A stretch of DNA of 64,000 nucleotides from Heteronotia binoei (lineage: Eukaryota). The notes below the pieces were generated by a model. The model searched no databases. It was not told the origin of the DNA and worked only from the letters and a program-made list of their open reading frames with translations. Positions within the stretch are counted from its first letter, which is position 1, and every line of letters begins with the position of its first letter. The stretch spans positions 40,796,001 through 40,860,000 of the forward strand of contig NC_083237.1 in assembly GCF_032191835.1 (NCBI RefSeq). The letters are read 5' to 3'. Below, one piece after another: positions 35,834 through 47,779 of this stretch. Position numbers and translations under genes: made by a program.

Positions 35834-36587
35834 AGAGCGTCTGTTGTCCAAGTTTCTTGTATCAATATTATGTCATAATTCCGCTGGAAAAATGAATGCT
35901 CCTTTCTACAGCGGGCCCAGCCTGCCACATTCCTTGATATAATTTTCAAGGTTTTTATGGTGTCTGACATGTGCTGGTCTGGTGCCCATCAGTCTTGGGG
36001 TTCTCCTGTTGGTAATTGTTGGTAATTATCCTAGGGTTACTTGAGCTGATGTGAAAATGTCTCTCCTGCATTTTTCAGAATTCTAAAATTGTGTTAAAGT
36101 ACACATGTTTCTAGAAATCCTTTGGCTTGCTAGTTCAAAATGTAACTTTGCTTGCAGATTCCAGATGGTACACTTCTTTGTCCTCTTCTTGTTTTTTGCT
36201 TGCATCTAGCAGTTCCTGTAGCAAGAACAGGACTGCTGGCTGCTGCCTTAACATTAGGAAGCTGATTTCAATTATCCAATAAATGAACTCTAATACATAT
36301 ATGCTATATGCCTAATCAATATGTCTTCCATATTCTAATGTGATTCTGAATGTAGAATATGATTTCTTCTTGGCAGAGCAAGCAAAAATGTACAAATAAG
36401 TGTTCATGTCACAAATGTTATGTAAAATTATGGAAGATGGAGCAGTGTTCCAACTTGGAACAATGTCAAGTATGCTTTAAAAAAAAACTACCTAAGTCCA
36501 TAGCATTGTTAATGTTTATCAAAGAGCACAGAGTTATACAAAGCAGCTTAACAGCCAGCCTGGCTTTTTATTCATTGTTGTCTGTTT

Positions 36588-36925
36588 CATGAGTCCCCAA
36601 ACTTTTTGAGCCTGTGGGCACCTTTGGAATTCTGACACAGTATAGTGGGTGCAGCCAACAAATGGCTGCCACAGAAGGTGGAGTCAACCACAAAATGTAG
36701 CCCACAGCTTACTTTCAGTCGCACAAGGAAGATCCTTGTGTTGTGATGCAACTGTTACCAAATAAAAACTGCACAGCCAATCAAATCTCCAATAGCCAAT
36801 CAGAAGTCTCACTGGACAAAAGCCCCACATGGCTTTGTCAACTTTCTAAAAATACTTGTTGAGTGCCAGAAAAGGTGTTCCTGGGCACCATGGCACCCAG
36901 GGGGCACCAAATTGAGAATCATTGG
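36588..36925. mobile_element. Decayed hAT-like MITE
   Basis: gagtccccaaactttttgagcctg...gggcaccaaattgagaatcattg resembles caggggtcccc-type TIRs; TSD not seen. Confidence 0.4.
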
Positions 36926-38394
36926 CCTATTCTGACTGGCAGTGGTTCTCCAGGTTCTCAGAGAGACAGGTAAAAAGTTTCTAGTGGCCCAAACCCTCTG
37001 AAACATTTGAAATTGCTTAGGTACTTCATTAGTGGGTTGTTTTAGCTGTTGCTGGTTTCAGTAGTTGTAAAACTGCCACATAAACAAAATAATAAATTCT
37101 TTGGGGAGAAAATCCCTGTAGTTAGAAAGTTTTATACGTACATAAATTACTTCTACATGCAACTGTGTGAGCAGAATTGCTGTTATGACAATCCAAACAA
37201 CCTTCAAGTGAGTAAGAGATTTAAAAAAAAATGAGAAAAAAATAAACTCATTTCCATAAACCATTGCAAGTATAGTGAGACCTTTTGAATGTGACAAGGT
37301 CAGTTTCACTGGCTGCTTGTTTACCCTATGCAGCTGAAATTTCCTAGCCATCATCTTGGTATTACAGGTAAACAGGATGATTTCAGCACGTTTGTTCCTT
37401 GATCTCCTCAATAACTGGAGTTTCTATCACACTACAATTACATAATTGAGGTTATCAAGTTCAATTCATATATTTCTTCTCCAGCTAGCATTCAACATCT
37501 GTAGAGGGAAATCAATATATGTCAGCCTGAAGTAATAAAGTTAATGGTTTCTTTTCAGAAGACAGTCCTAGCAAGTCTTCAAAACAGATGTTTCCATTGC
37601 AGAAGTTTGAACTTAAAATTGTAACTAAAATAACTTAAAATGTCGCTATAACAGATTTTTTAAAAATGTATATGTGCCTAAATCCATCAATGTATAGTAA
37701 TTAGTATTCTATTGGCTGGAATCAATCCTAAACAGAGTTTCACTCTTCAGTAGCTTTAGAAGGATGTAACTCTGTCAGGATTGCACAGCAACAGTGCAAT
37801 CATATCCAGAGTTTTTCCATTTCAGTGGACTTGTACTGGACATCAGTGAGCTTATCCTGGAGAAACTCTGCATGTAATTCATATGTAGTGGCAGAAAAAT
37901 AGCTTTTAAGAAGTCTATCAGTAGTTCTTTATTGAAAGTGCTCATTCTTTTAATTATGTCAGCAACAACAGCAACAACAATACTGTCTTCATGCTTGAAA
38001 TCAATTATCTTGAAGTGCACTAGATTTGGGTTCTTTGTCCCTCCAAACCAGTTCTGAAGACTTATCTTTCTACACAACTCTGTTGTTCTTATTATGTCTC
38101 TTTGATTCTATTAGAACAGACTCATTTTCCCCCATGTTGCTTTGTACTGTTACTGTTGTCGTGTGTTCTGTTATTTTTTATTTAAAATAATAATTAAAAA
38201 GTGGTTGTGTACTGGCTAAAAAGTACCAATAATACAGTTAACATCTCTCTCTTTCTCTCTTGGATCCCAGTTGAAGACTGTTTCACTATAATCTAACAGA
38301 AAATGACACTTAATTGGAAATGGTGGCTCACTGTCTTTCTTCTAAGGGACCATCAGTACTTAGAATGTAATGCCTGTATTTTGTGCAAAGTCTG

Positions 38395-38450
38395 TAGTTG
38401 CAGGAACTATGGATTGGACTAGATGACCCTTCCAACTCTATGATTCTATG
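38395..38450 (+). mobile_element. CR1 LINE 3' end
   Basis: ggactagatgacccttccaactctatgattctatg, the CR1 (ATTCTRTG)n-type terminus. Confidence 0.7.
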
Positions 38451-38619
38451 TCCACATCCTTACCTGTCTGGTTAAAGGAAATGGATGAAGAGAGTAATAT
38501 TCACTACTTAAAAACAAGTGAAATGAGAGTGGGAAAACTTTAGTGAAAAGAAGCAGATTATAAAACATTTTATGGAAAGAAGTATAAACATAATATTTCT
38601 TTATCTCTAGATTTGATCC

Positions 38620-39573
38620 ATGGAAAAGAAGGTGTGGGACAACCAAACTACGGTTACAGAATTTATTCTTCTGGGATTTGGAGACAACCCAGATCTTCAG
38701 ATATTTCTCTTTCTCATAGTCCTGATTATCTACATGGTGACCATGGTTGGAAACATCCTCATTTTTGCTCTTGTTGTGGCTGACCAACACCTGCACACAC
38801 CCATGTACTACTTTCTGGGAAATCTTTCCTGCTTGGAGACCTTCTACAGTTCTACCATCCTTCCCAGGATGTTGGGCAGTTTCATGACTGGAAACAGATC
38901 CATTTCCTTCATTGACTGTTTTTTACAGATGTATTTCTTTGGTTCTCTTGCTGCAACAGAATGTTTCCTCTTGTCTGCCATGTCATATGACAGATACTTG
39001 GCCATCTGCAAGCCTTTGCACTATACAACCCTTATGAACAATAGAGATTGTCTCCATTTAATAATTGGGTCTTGGATAAGTGGTTTTCTAGGAAATAGCA
39101 TATTGTTTCCTCTGCTGCAGTTAACATTCTGTGGGCAGAATGACATTGATCATTTCTTTTGTGACTTCAACCCCTTGCTAAAATTAGCATGCAGTGACAC
39201 TCAAAAAATAGTCATTTTTGCTTTCATAATTGCTTGTATATTCACATTGCCTCCTTTTCTCTTGACTGTGACATCCTATGTTTGCATCATTACCACCATC
39301 CTGAGAATTCCCTCTTCTGTAGGAAGGCAAAAGGCTTTCTCCACCTGCTCCTCCCATCTCATTGTAGTTACCATTTTCTATGGGACATTGATGATAGTCT
39401 ATATGCTGCCCAAAACCCAAGCACTGGGAGATCTGAACAAAGTCTTCTCAGCATTTTACACGATCTTAACTCCTATGGTCAATCCCCTCATATACAGCTT
39501 GAGAAATAAAGAAGTAAAACAGGCCTTGAAGAAGGTTCAAGAGAAAATAATGCCAGCTAAATTCCTAAGCTAA
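38620..39573 (+). CDS. Olfactory receptor, class II (family 11/6-like), intact, 317 aa
   Basis: NQT glycosylation site; LHTPMYYF, MSYDRYLAICKPLHY, KAFSTCSSHL, PMVNPLIYSLRN; acceptor tttctttatctctag ending at 38610. Confidence 0.97.
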   Translation: MEKKVWDNQTTVTEFILLGFGDNPDLQIFLFLIVLIIYMVTMVGNILIFALVVADQHLHTPMYYFLGNLSCLETFYSSTILPRMLGSFMTGNRSISFIDCFLQMYFFGSLAATECFLLSAMSYDRYLAICKPLHYTTLMNNRDCLHLIIGSWISGFLGNSILFPLLQLTFCGQNDIDHFFCDFNPLLKLACSDTQKIVIFAFIIACIFTLPPFLLTVTSYVCIITTILRIPSSVGRQKAFSTCSSHLIVVTIFYGTLMIVYMLPKTQALGDLNKVFSAFYTILTPMVNPLIYSLRNKEVKQALKKVQEKIMPAKFLS

Positions 39574-41418
39574 AGCAAAGAGTGTTGTGAATGTTCAGGT
39601 CCTACAGATACTTTTGATCTACAGTAAAATAAAAGCTAGTTTTTGCTTGTACTAGCGTATAAAACATCTGTATTTGATCAGTTGAAAAGAGGAAATGTGT
39701 GATCTAGGGATTAAAGTTGAAATGTGTCCACTTCCATTTTACAGGTATGCTAAAATTCAGACATTGGTCATGCCCTCCATTGAGCATTCCAGGAATTTAG
39801 CCATGAGGAAAAACTGGTAACTGACAGTATATCCCTGGTTGCAGCTAGAAACTTTCCAGCAATAATTTGTGCAAGCACAATGTTTGAATTTTGGATTGCT
39901 GTGTTCATATAACCACTGCTCAAAAGTAGGTATGTGTACATGAGAGAGTTATATTAAGGCCATTTGTCATTAAAAAAAAACTTGACTTGGGAAGGTCCAC
40001 TGCCATTTTATGTTCTATGTTAGATATTTTTTTTTTGTGATTTTAACCTTTTATTGTATTTTATGCATATTGATGTACACTTCCTTGAGCCCTGTCCTAT
40101 GGGAGAGGGTAATTTAAGAATTGAAATAATAAATACTATGGCATCATAACCTTTCAGCTCATAGATTTTTCTCTGATAAAAAAAAAATGCAGGCAGTGTA
40201 TGATTACAATGGCAACATATCCAGTCATGTTTATCCATTCCATAATTATTTAATACTAGAATTACAACTCATATTAGAAAATTAATCCAGAGTAATTTCC
40301 AGTGGATCCACTATATTTCCAGATGGAATGAAATGTTAAGTCAAATCATTCAGAAGTGATATGCCCTCCCAAATTTTAAGCAGAACTTTACAAAGTGTCT
40401 ATGTTCTGTCTACATATCTATCCAGAAAATAAGATTGCAGGATCCAATGGCATCAACTACACAATCTCTGGCTAATCCTCCAATGTGATATAGGCTTTCA
40501 TGTGCAACAATGCCCCTCTGCTCTGTACATAAGACAAACCAGCCAATCTCTATGCAAAAGAATAAATGCACACAAATCTGACATTAAAAATGGGAGTATC
40601 CAGAAACTAGCAGAACACTTCAATCTACCAGGACATTCCATCAAGAACTTAAAGGTCATCATAGTTCAACAGAAACATGTCAAAAACAAAATCAGGAAGC
40701 TGCTGTATTGGAATTTAAATGTAAATTTGACTCAGTCAGACTTGAATTGAATAGAGACTTTGGATGGTTATCTCATTACCAGAAGTATGCGGCCCCTTCT
40801 CGCCCATGCTGCTGTACGGCGGCATAGGGCGGGGGCCATGTTTGCCTCCCCGGATGGAGTTGAGGCAAACAGACCTCCACCCATCCAGGGATGTCGGGGG
40901 GGGGGGGGCGTGGATTGGGGCTTTATCAGTCCCAGCTACGCCTCCAGTGGCACTGTTTTGGGGCGCTTTTGGCTGGAGCAGGAGCGTTTTTCAGCACTCC
41001 TGGCTGATCGGGCTGTGGCCTGCGTCGTTGACATCACGGCACAGAGGGAGAACGGGGGCGTGTGGTTTTTAGCCTCTGGGCTACCAGCACAGCTTTTGAG
41101 CAGAGCGGAGGAGCGTTAGCTCAGCCCGCTCTTCCCCCTCTTCTGCCCCTCATCATTATCAGGAGTACCTGGGGCTGCCAGCTGGACCCGGCCTATACAA
41201 CACAGGCTCGACGACAGGTTTTGGAGGCTTCTCCAGTGGTCCCCTGTTTAAGAGGGCCTTCATTGTTGGGTTGGGGGGATTCTTTTTGGAGCGTAGTGCT
41301 GTTGTTGCCTGCCACTCCCCCCTCCCTCCCTTGGTGGCACAGGGGTGGGTAAGCAGGCCCCCCCTTTCTTGTATAGATACCCCCCATCAAGTGGTTTTTG
41401 AGGGTGGTGGGACTGGCT

Positions 41419-42962
41419 ATGGCCCCCCCCAAAAAGTCAGGGGGTATTTAAGGGCAAGCAGCCCCTTAAGGGAGTGGCTAAGAGGCACACACCTATTGAA
41501 CGCCCTGGGGAGGAAGAGGAGGCATGCACCAGGCGAGCTATAATTGAGCAGCCTGGTGCGTTGGAATGGCAGCAGGGTTTGGACCCTGGGTCAACTGGGC
41601 TAGTCAGGGGCCATAAAGCAGCAAGGACTTCTACCAGGGCTTTCGAGCAGGAGGTTTTGACTTGTCTTTCTACTTTACAGGATATGGCCGCTCGGGGTGG
41701 TACTTCTGGAGAGCCGAGCCGGGATCCACCGGACAACAATTCCAATTCTGAGGGAGAGGGCAACACTCCGGATGGGGCAAGTCTCTCTGGGTGAGGCAGG
41801 GTTCTGGCACCGGTGGAGGTAGCAGTTAATGTCGAAGATCCAGATGGTAAGCATTGCAGTTCAGGTAATAATAGTGGGTGGCCCTGAGGGGGGGGGGGTT
41901 GGGGAGCCCCCTACATGCCAGGTTTGGCTGGCTCTACGGCTATGTTCGATCCTGATGGTGTGTGTGTGTGGGGGGTCACCTAACCTGCCCAGTGTTCCAG
42001 GAGCTTGGGTCCCTGGGGTTCAAGGGCAGGTCTTTCCTTGGGAGCCTACTCAGGTCTCTTTGACTGCTGCTGTGCAATCTACTTTGCAGGGGGCTCCGTC
42101 ACATCAGTTGTCGGTTGGGTCTTTACCATGGAAAAAACAACTTTATAGTCAATGGCCGGCTGAATGGCCAGCAGCGCAATGGGGTGGATGGGGTTTGGCC
42201 CCGACTCCTTATGGAGCAGTCTTTTTTCAGTGTCAACTGTTTGGGGACATCGCCATGCCCCTGGGTGACCATTTGACGGTTGCTACCAGGGAAAAGATTT
42301 TGTGTGGGGAGTATGTTGATGTCTTTAGCCTTCTTTATAGGGAGCTTGAGAAGAAGGACAAGGATGAACTAGAGGATAAGGACAAGGAGAAACTCAAACG
42401 GAGAAAGGTTGAGAATTGGGTTAACTGGTTGCCAGGGTTTTTGATTTATGCAGGGGTAATAGCGCGTGCACAGCCTCTACGGGCGGCACCGCTATTCCAA
42501 TATTGTGACATTATATACAAGGCTTATACGGACTTCTCGGGTGCTGCATGGTTGCAGTACAACGAGGAGTTCTGTATGAGGGTGGCATTGAACCCTGCAA
42601 TTCCCTGGAATCGGATTAAGCAGCAGCTGTGGCTGCAATTTATGTCTCCGGCTAAGCCTAACAGTGGTGACAGGTCTGACAGCGGTCATCTTGTGAGTAA
42701 ACAGGCGAGTGTAGTTGGTCCCCGCACAGCAGCGGGGCAGCCGGTTCAACCCCGGCTGCTGTGTTGGGAGTACATGTCGCAGGGCATATGCAACAGGAAA
42801 ACGTGTAAGTATAAGCATGAGTGCCCGCTGTCTGGGGGTTTGCATGCCTTATCAGCATGCAATAAATCCAAGCCCAGACCTGGGGGTAAGCGTCCAGGTG
42901 GCTGTGGGAATACCCAATCAGCAAACAAAGGGGCCCAGCCCCATCAAGCTGAGGGTACTTAA
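41419..42962 (+). pseudogene. Gag-like ORF1 of Ngaro copy 2
   Basis: ATG at 41419 (MAPP...KGKQPLKG after a frameshift); open stretch 41829-42962 with CWEY...CNRKTCKYKHEC finger. Confidence 0.8.
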
Positions 42963-44120
42963 GGACCTTTTGGCGGAGTACCCTAGGGCTGACGACAGGA
43001 AGTATTTGTGGGAGGGCTTTCTTTTTGGGTTTCATATTCCATTTCAGGGCCCCAGGGGACCCTTTCTGGCAAGGAATTTATGTTCAATTCAGGGGATGGA
43101 ACAAGTGGTGCGGGACAAGATAGGGAAGGAGTGTGCGGAGGGCTGTGTGTTAGGCCCTTTTGACAGTCTGCCTATCCTAAATTTGTGGGTATCCCCTTTA
43201 GGCGTTGTTCCGAAGAAGGCGCCGGGGAAGTTCCGTCTCATTCACTACTTGTCTTACCCAAAAGGTGGGTCGGTGAATGACGCCATTCACGATTTCCTAT
43301 GTTCAGTTCTGTATACCTCCTTTGACCAGGTGGTCAAAGTGATACGGAGTTGCGGTGTGGGGGCGGAGATGGTGAAATGCGACATTAAGTCTGCGTTTTG
43401 CCTTCTTCTTGTGCACCTCGATGACTTTGAGCTTTTGGGTTTATGTTCGAGGGCAAGTATTACATGGATAGGGCTTTACCTATGGGTTGCTTTATATCCT
43501 GTTCGGCCTTTGAGTGTTTTAGCACCTTTTTGGAATGGGTCCTGTGTAAACGGTCGGGCTCAGCTAATTCAGTTCATTATCTGGATGATTTCTTGTTTGT
43601 AGGCCTGCGAGGGTTGGGCCAGTGTGCCCGGCTGCTTCAGTCCTTTTTACGGCTGGCGGGGGACCTCGGGGTCCTGCTGGCCCATGAAAAGACGGAGAGC
43701 CCTTTACTGGTTTTGACCTTTCTGAGTATTGAGTGATTGAGCAGTGAACTATGTCGTAATTTGACATTTCTGGAGTTTTTCCAATAGTGGTAGCTGCTCA
43801 GCTGTGGGGGGCTGAGTTGGCTAATCATGTTGTGCATTTTTGGTGTGGCAAGCTGGCAGTAGTTCAAGTTATCAATACTCTGACTTCCAAATCTGTCCCA
43901 GTAATGAGCCTCATTAGGTCATTCACTTTACATTGTTTGTGCTTGGACATTTTATTTCTTGCTAAGCATGTGCCAGGTGTTTGCAATGGTGTGGCGGATA
44001 CTCTGTCTCACCGGCAGATGGAGCGATTTCGGCAGCTTGCACCAGAAGCCGAACTTCGGCCAGCACAGATGCCCACAGAGATGTGGCAGCTTGGAGAGTT
44101 GAGGCTGACTGGGTAATGCA
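42900..44120 (+). pseudogene. RT/RNase H of Ngaro copy 2, internally deleted
   Basis: PLGVVPKKAPGKFRLIH, KCDIKSAF, HYLDDF; deletion near 43736 relative to copy 1; LEFFPIVVAAQLWG. Confidence 0.88.
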
Positions 44121-44903
44121 GTTAGCTCTGGCACCCAGTACCAGGAAGGCCTATAATTGCTCTGTCAAGCAGTTTCAAGCATTTAGGGAACAGGTAGGGT
44201 TGGGCATGCTTTGGCCCATTCCAGCGTCACACCTCATGCAGTTCTGCATCCATTTGAAAGGTAAGGGGCTTGTAGTTAAGTCTATAAGGGCAAAGTTGGC
44301 AGCTTTGGCTTTTAACAGTAAAATAAAGGGATTTGCAGATGCCACAAGTGATTTTAAGGCTGCACAAGATGTTAGAGGGTTGGGCCCGGGAGCAGGGTCC
44401 TTGGCTCAACACAAGGCAACTCTTTTCTCCTTCAGTTTTAAAGGGATTGCATGCGGTGTGGTCCAGAGTTTGTACCTCTACGTTTGAGGCTTTATTGTTT
44501 CAGGCTGTGGCACTGATGGCTTTCTTCAGGGCACTCAGGGTTAGCGAGCTAGTGGTTAGCTCGCGCCACGACTGTTCTGGTTGTGCCCTTCATTCCGACG
44601 ACTTAAAATTTGATGGTGACCAGGTATCTATTAAGGTACGGAGGTCAAAAACTGAAGCAGAAGGGTGTTGTGATCACCTTGGGTTCGTGCCAAGACCAGG
44701 AAATTTGCCCAGTGCTTGCATTAAAGAGGTACATTGCCGTACGGGGTGAGGATGCGGGTCCCTTATTCTGCCATGAAGATTGGTCACCATTGACCAAGTT
44801 CCAGTTTTGGACGATCACCTCCAGGGCCTTGGAGAAGCTGGGGCTGGGTGGGGTCAGATTTAGGACCCACAAGGGTTATGTTCACCCATTGGACTCCCAA
44901 TAG
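44115..44903 (+). pseudogene. Tyrosine recombinase of Ngaro copy 2
   Basis: MQLALAPSTRKAY, FFRALRVSELV, RRSKT; deletion at 44870/44871 joins RTH to KGYVHP. Confidence 0.85.
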
Positions 44904-44978
44904 AGCCTGGATATGGGTGATGTTGTTCCCAGTGTTGGGATTGTTCACTTTGTTCCTTTCTATTTTCCAGGTGCTGTG

Positions 44979-45567
44979 ATGTGGCGTGAGAGGCTGAGGA
45001 TTTTGATCACCGATCATAGCATGGTGTTTTGGGTGGCCCACCAGGCGTGGCGTTCATCAATTAGATCTCAGTTGGGGCTCAACAAGTGGGCTGTGGTCTA
45101 GTGGCAGAGACGCTGGGGCCTGCGGTGGGCCAGGCTCCTGCCACTCCTATTCCAGGGGAGGACGGGTCCTCCGCAGCATGTTTTGGTTATCCACCTCGAT
45201 GGCAACGTTCTTGGCTTGCTGAAGGGGAGGGCCCTTTTACTGCAGGCAATTGAGGATCTTCGGGTTATACAGGTGGCCCGAGGTGCTGATTTTGTGGTCC
45301 GCCATCCTTCCTCGCAGGGTGTGGAGGGCTGCCTGGGATCCTGCGGGGATCGAAAGGGCTAGGCGCAAGGCCAATAGGGCGATCAAGAAGGCGCTATATG
45401 GAGGCCTTGGTGTTTACTTGCCACACCCTGCTATAAAGTCGGAGTTGGCAGACCTATATCAGCAGGACGGTGTCCACCTGTCTGTGAAGGGCAACAGGGC
45501 CTTTTTGCACGAACTACAGCTGGGGCTTCGGTTGGCCTTGGGCCAACCGGTGGGCGCAAGTGCCTAA
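44979..45567 (+). pseudogene. SGNH/GDSL-hydrolase ORF of Ngaro copy 2
   Basis: RILITDHS (block I, Ser at 45018), IHLDGN (block III, 45192-45206), DGVHL (block V, 45466-45480); one stop and a frameshift. Confidence 0.8.
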
Positions 45568-47779
45568 GCGGAGGCTTGGGATTGTGGTGGTAGGAGTTTG
45601 ATTTGGGCTATATAGGTAACCAGTGAATACCCTCAGTTTGTCCCTGTTTCAGGGGAAGTGGCGGGATGGGACGGCAGCTGGGCTGTACGGTTCTCTGCTG
45701 TGATGCCCGCTATAGGGTTCCCTCCTCTGGCAGGCTGCTCCTGTGTGTGTGACCTGGCCACTGGAGGGTATTCCTGGCCTTCGCCGGCCTGGAATTAGCC
45801 AGTACAAACTGGCTACTGCCGGGGGCTGGGTGGCTCGCCCTGTCTGGACAGGGAAAGGTCAGGGTTTCCCTTGGCCTGTCCGGTAGTTTAGGTTGCCCCA
45901 TGCCGTGGTTGTTCAATAAAGTTGCCCTGTTTGTTTATCCAATACACCGTGTTTGTCTCGTTCTTCTGACTGGGGGTGCAAACTGCCTTTTCCTTTCAGG
46001 TATTCTATTCAGATTCATCAATAGTAGGAAGTGGTCATGCCCAGCCTGGATTACACATTTTTCCTTTCCTTATTCAGCGTTTGCAGCTGCTTTACATTTA
46101 CATGGGACTCACTTCCTGCATCCACTCCCTCTCCCCCTACCACCTATATATGTCTGGCCAGTTTCTACATACCCTCCATACATTGGACAAAGAGAGCTGT
46201 GTTGTTTGAAAACTTATGCTACAACTAAATTTGTTAGTCTTAAAGGTGCTACTGGACTTTTTACTATTTTGCAGCAACAGACTAACATGACTAACTCCTC
46301 TGGATTTATGTTGTGTTGGAGAAACAAAAACAGACTGTGTAGGAGAAACAAAAAGAGAGTGGGAGACTAATACTTCAGGCACAAGAGTCTGCAGGATAGG
46401 TTAAATTTAGCTCCCCCTTCTATATGCTTGAAAAATAGATATGCATAAAGTTTTGCTTTAATTGTGCATGCTGGTTCATTTCCTCTCCCACTTAGAAAAT
46501 TATGCTGTTTTTCAATACAATAAACACATCTGAAAAATTTCATATTCTGTCTCAGTAATTCTGGTACTGTGAAGTGAAAAAGAGAACATTATACCTCCAC
46601 ATCAACAACGTCTCCTTCATCTCATACAAGTATATGTTGCTTTGTGGGTACATGTTTGTTCTTTGCTCTCATGTTTTGTGGGAAGGATAGAAGCCTTAAA
46701 TCTCAAATGTTCCTACTGAACATGTTAACAACACTCCAGGGTGCAAAATTTTGCTACTGTCACTGAAAAAAATACAACAGCAGCAGCAACAACAACAAAA
46801 AGCAGCCATCCAGGATTTAATACAGAATTTAATCCTGGATGAGTTACATGGCATATATTCCTAAATCTTCACTGGTGGGGGTTAGGCAGGCCTGTAGCGA
46901 CAATGGGTCCCCCAGGGGGAGCAAGTCACTCAATTCAATCCCACCTGCCATCTGTATGGCCCCTCCATTGGAGGGCCTCCAATCTGCCCCTTTTGCTCAC
47001 TGCCACTCTGACTGGGCCCCTGTGGCTGCTATGGTGGCTGACCCTTCCCAGCAGTTATGCCACAGGGATGGGGCTCACTCCTGGGATCACCGTACTGTGC
47101 CAGCATAGAAGAGCACCACGAAAAAGAGAGACCCTCCAAGCACTGGGGTGCCAAGAGAGGAAGCCTTCCTTGGAACAGAAAGAAGCCCCCGCTAGCTGGG
47201 TCCTCAATGGCCAGAGGCAGCAGGGGTCTTGGAATCTGAGGGGGGGGGCAGTTCATTCCAGGAGAGTGGGAAGGAGGCTTCACTTTTGTTTGGTCAGAGA
47301 GACTAGCAGGAAGAGACTTTGAATTGGCACTGTGTGTGTGTGGGGGGGGGGGAGAAACCTACATTCAGCTGAATTCCTCTGGAAGGTTTACTGAGTTATA
47401 CAAATGAGGGAGGGGGTGCTGTTGCTTTACTTGAAAAGCAGAGAAAGTAGGGGCCTGGCTCCCCCCCCAAAAAAAAAAATACTGCTGTGGGCTCTGCTAA
47501 AAATGAAATCCTGACTATGGCCCTAGAGTTAGGTTAACCTTTCCCAATTGCGTCTCCCTCAGAGTACTCAGTGATACATCATCATTGGTCTGAAGGTAAG
47601 GAGATAGTGACACTGTTTATCCCTTTAGCACTCTATCCCCTTTACACTGTGTGACATCAAGAACACTAGTGGTTTTGAAGCTGTGTACCTAATGTTGGGA
47701 TTGAAAGACATGTCACTATTAGTTTAACACCACCACTCCCCCCCCCCCAGTTCAGCAGTCTCACAGCCTGAGTTGATAG

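Larger units (their letters stand above)
40787..45981 (+). mobile_element. Ngaro-type tyrosine-recombinase retrotransposon, copy 2, degenerate
   Basis: gag, RT/RNase H, YR, SGNH, then AATAAA (45915-45920); 3' terminus gactggggg.gcaa shared with copy 1. Confidence 0.88.
40480..46310 (+). mobile_element. Penelope-like element (GIY-YIG end + 3' pseudo-LTR) split by Ngaro copy 2
   Basis: 40480-40786 encodes QQCPSALYI.QT...RINAHKSDIK...EHFNLPGHS (GIY-YIG C-terminal half); 45982-46310 continues to a reptile Penelope-type end (gaaaacttatgct...agtcttaaaggtgctactggact...cagactaac). Confidence 0.7.

Noticed and set aside
37058-38077. ORFs of 117 and 100 aa upstream of the OR at 38620
   Set aside because: AT-rich, no recognisable motifs or consistent splice structure.
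46839-47322. GC-rich block with overlapping ORFs and a palindromic tcccccaggggga
   Set aside because: No domain or termini recognised; a single motif match is insufficient.
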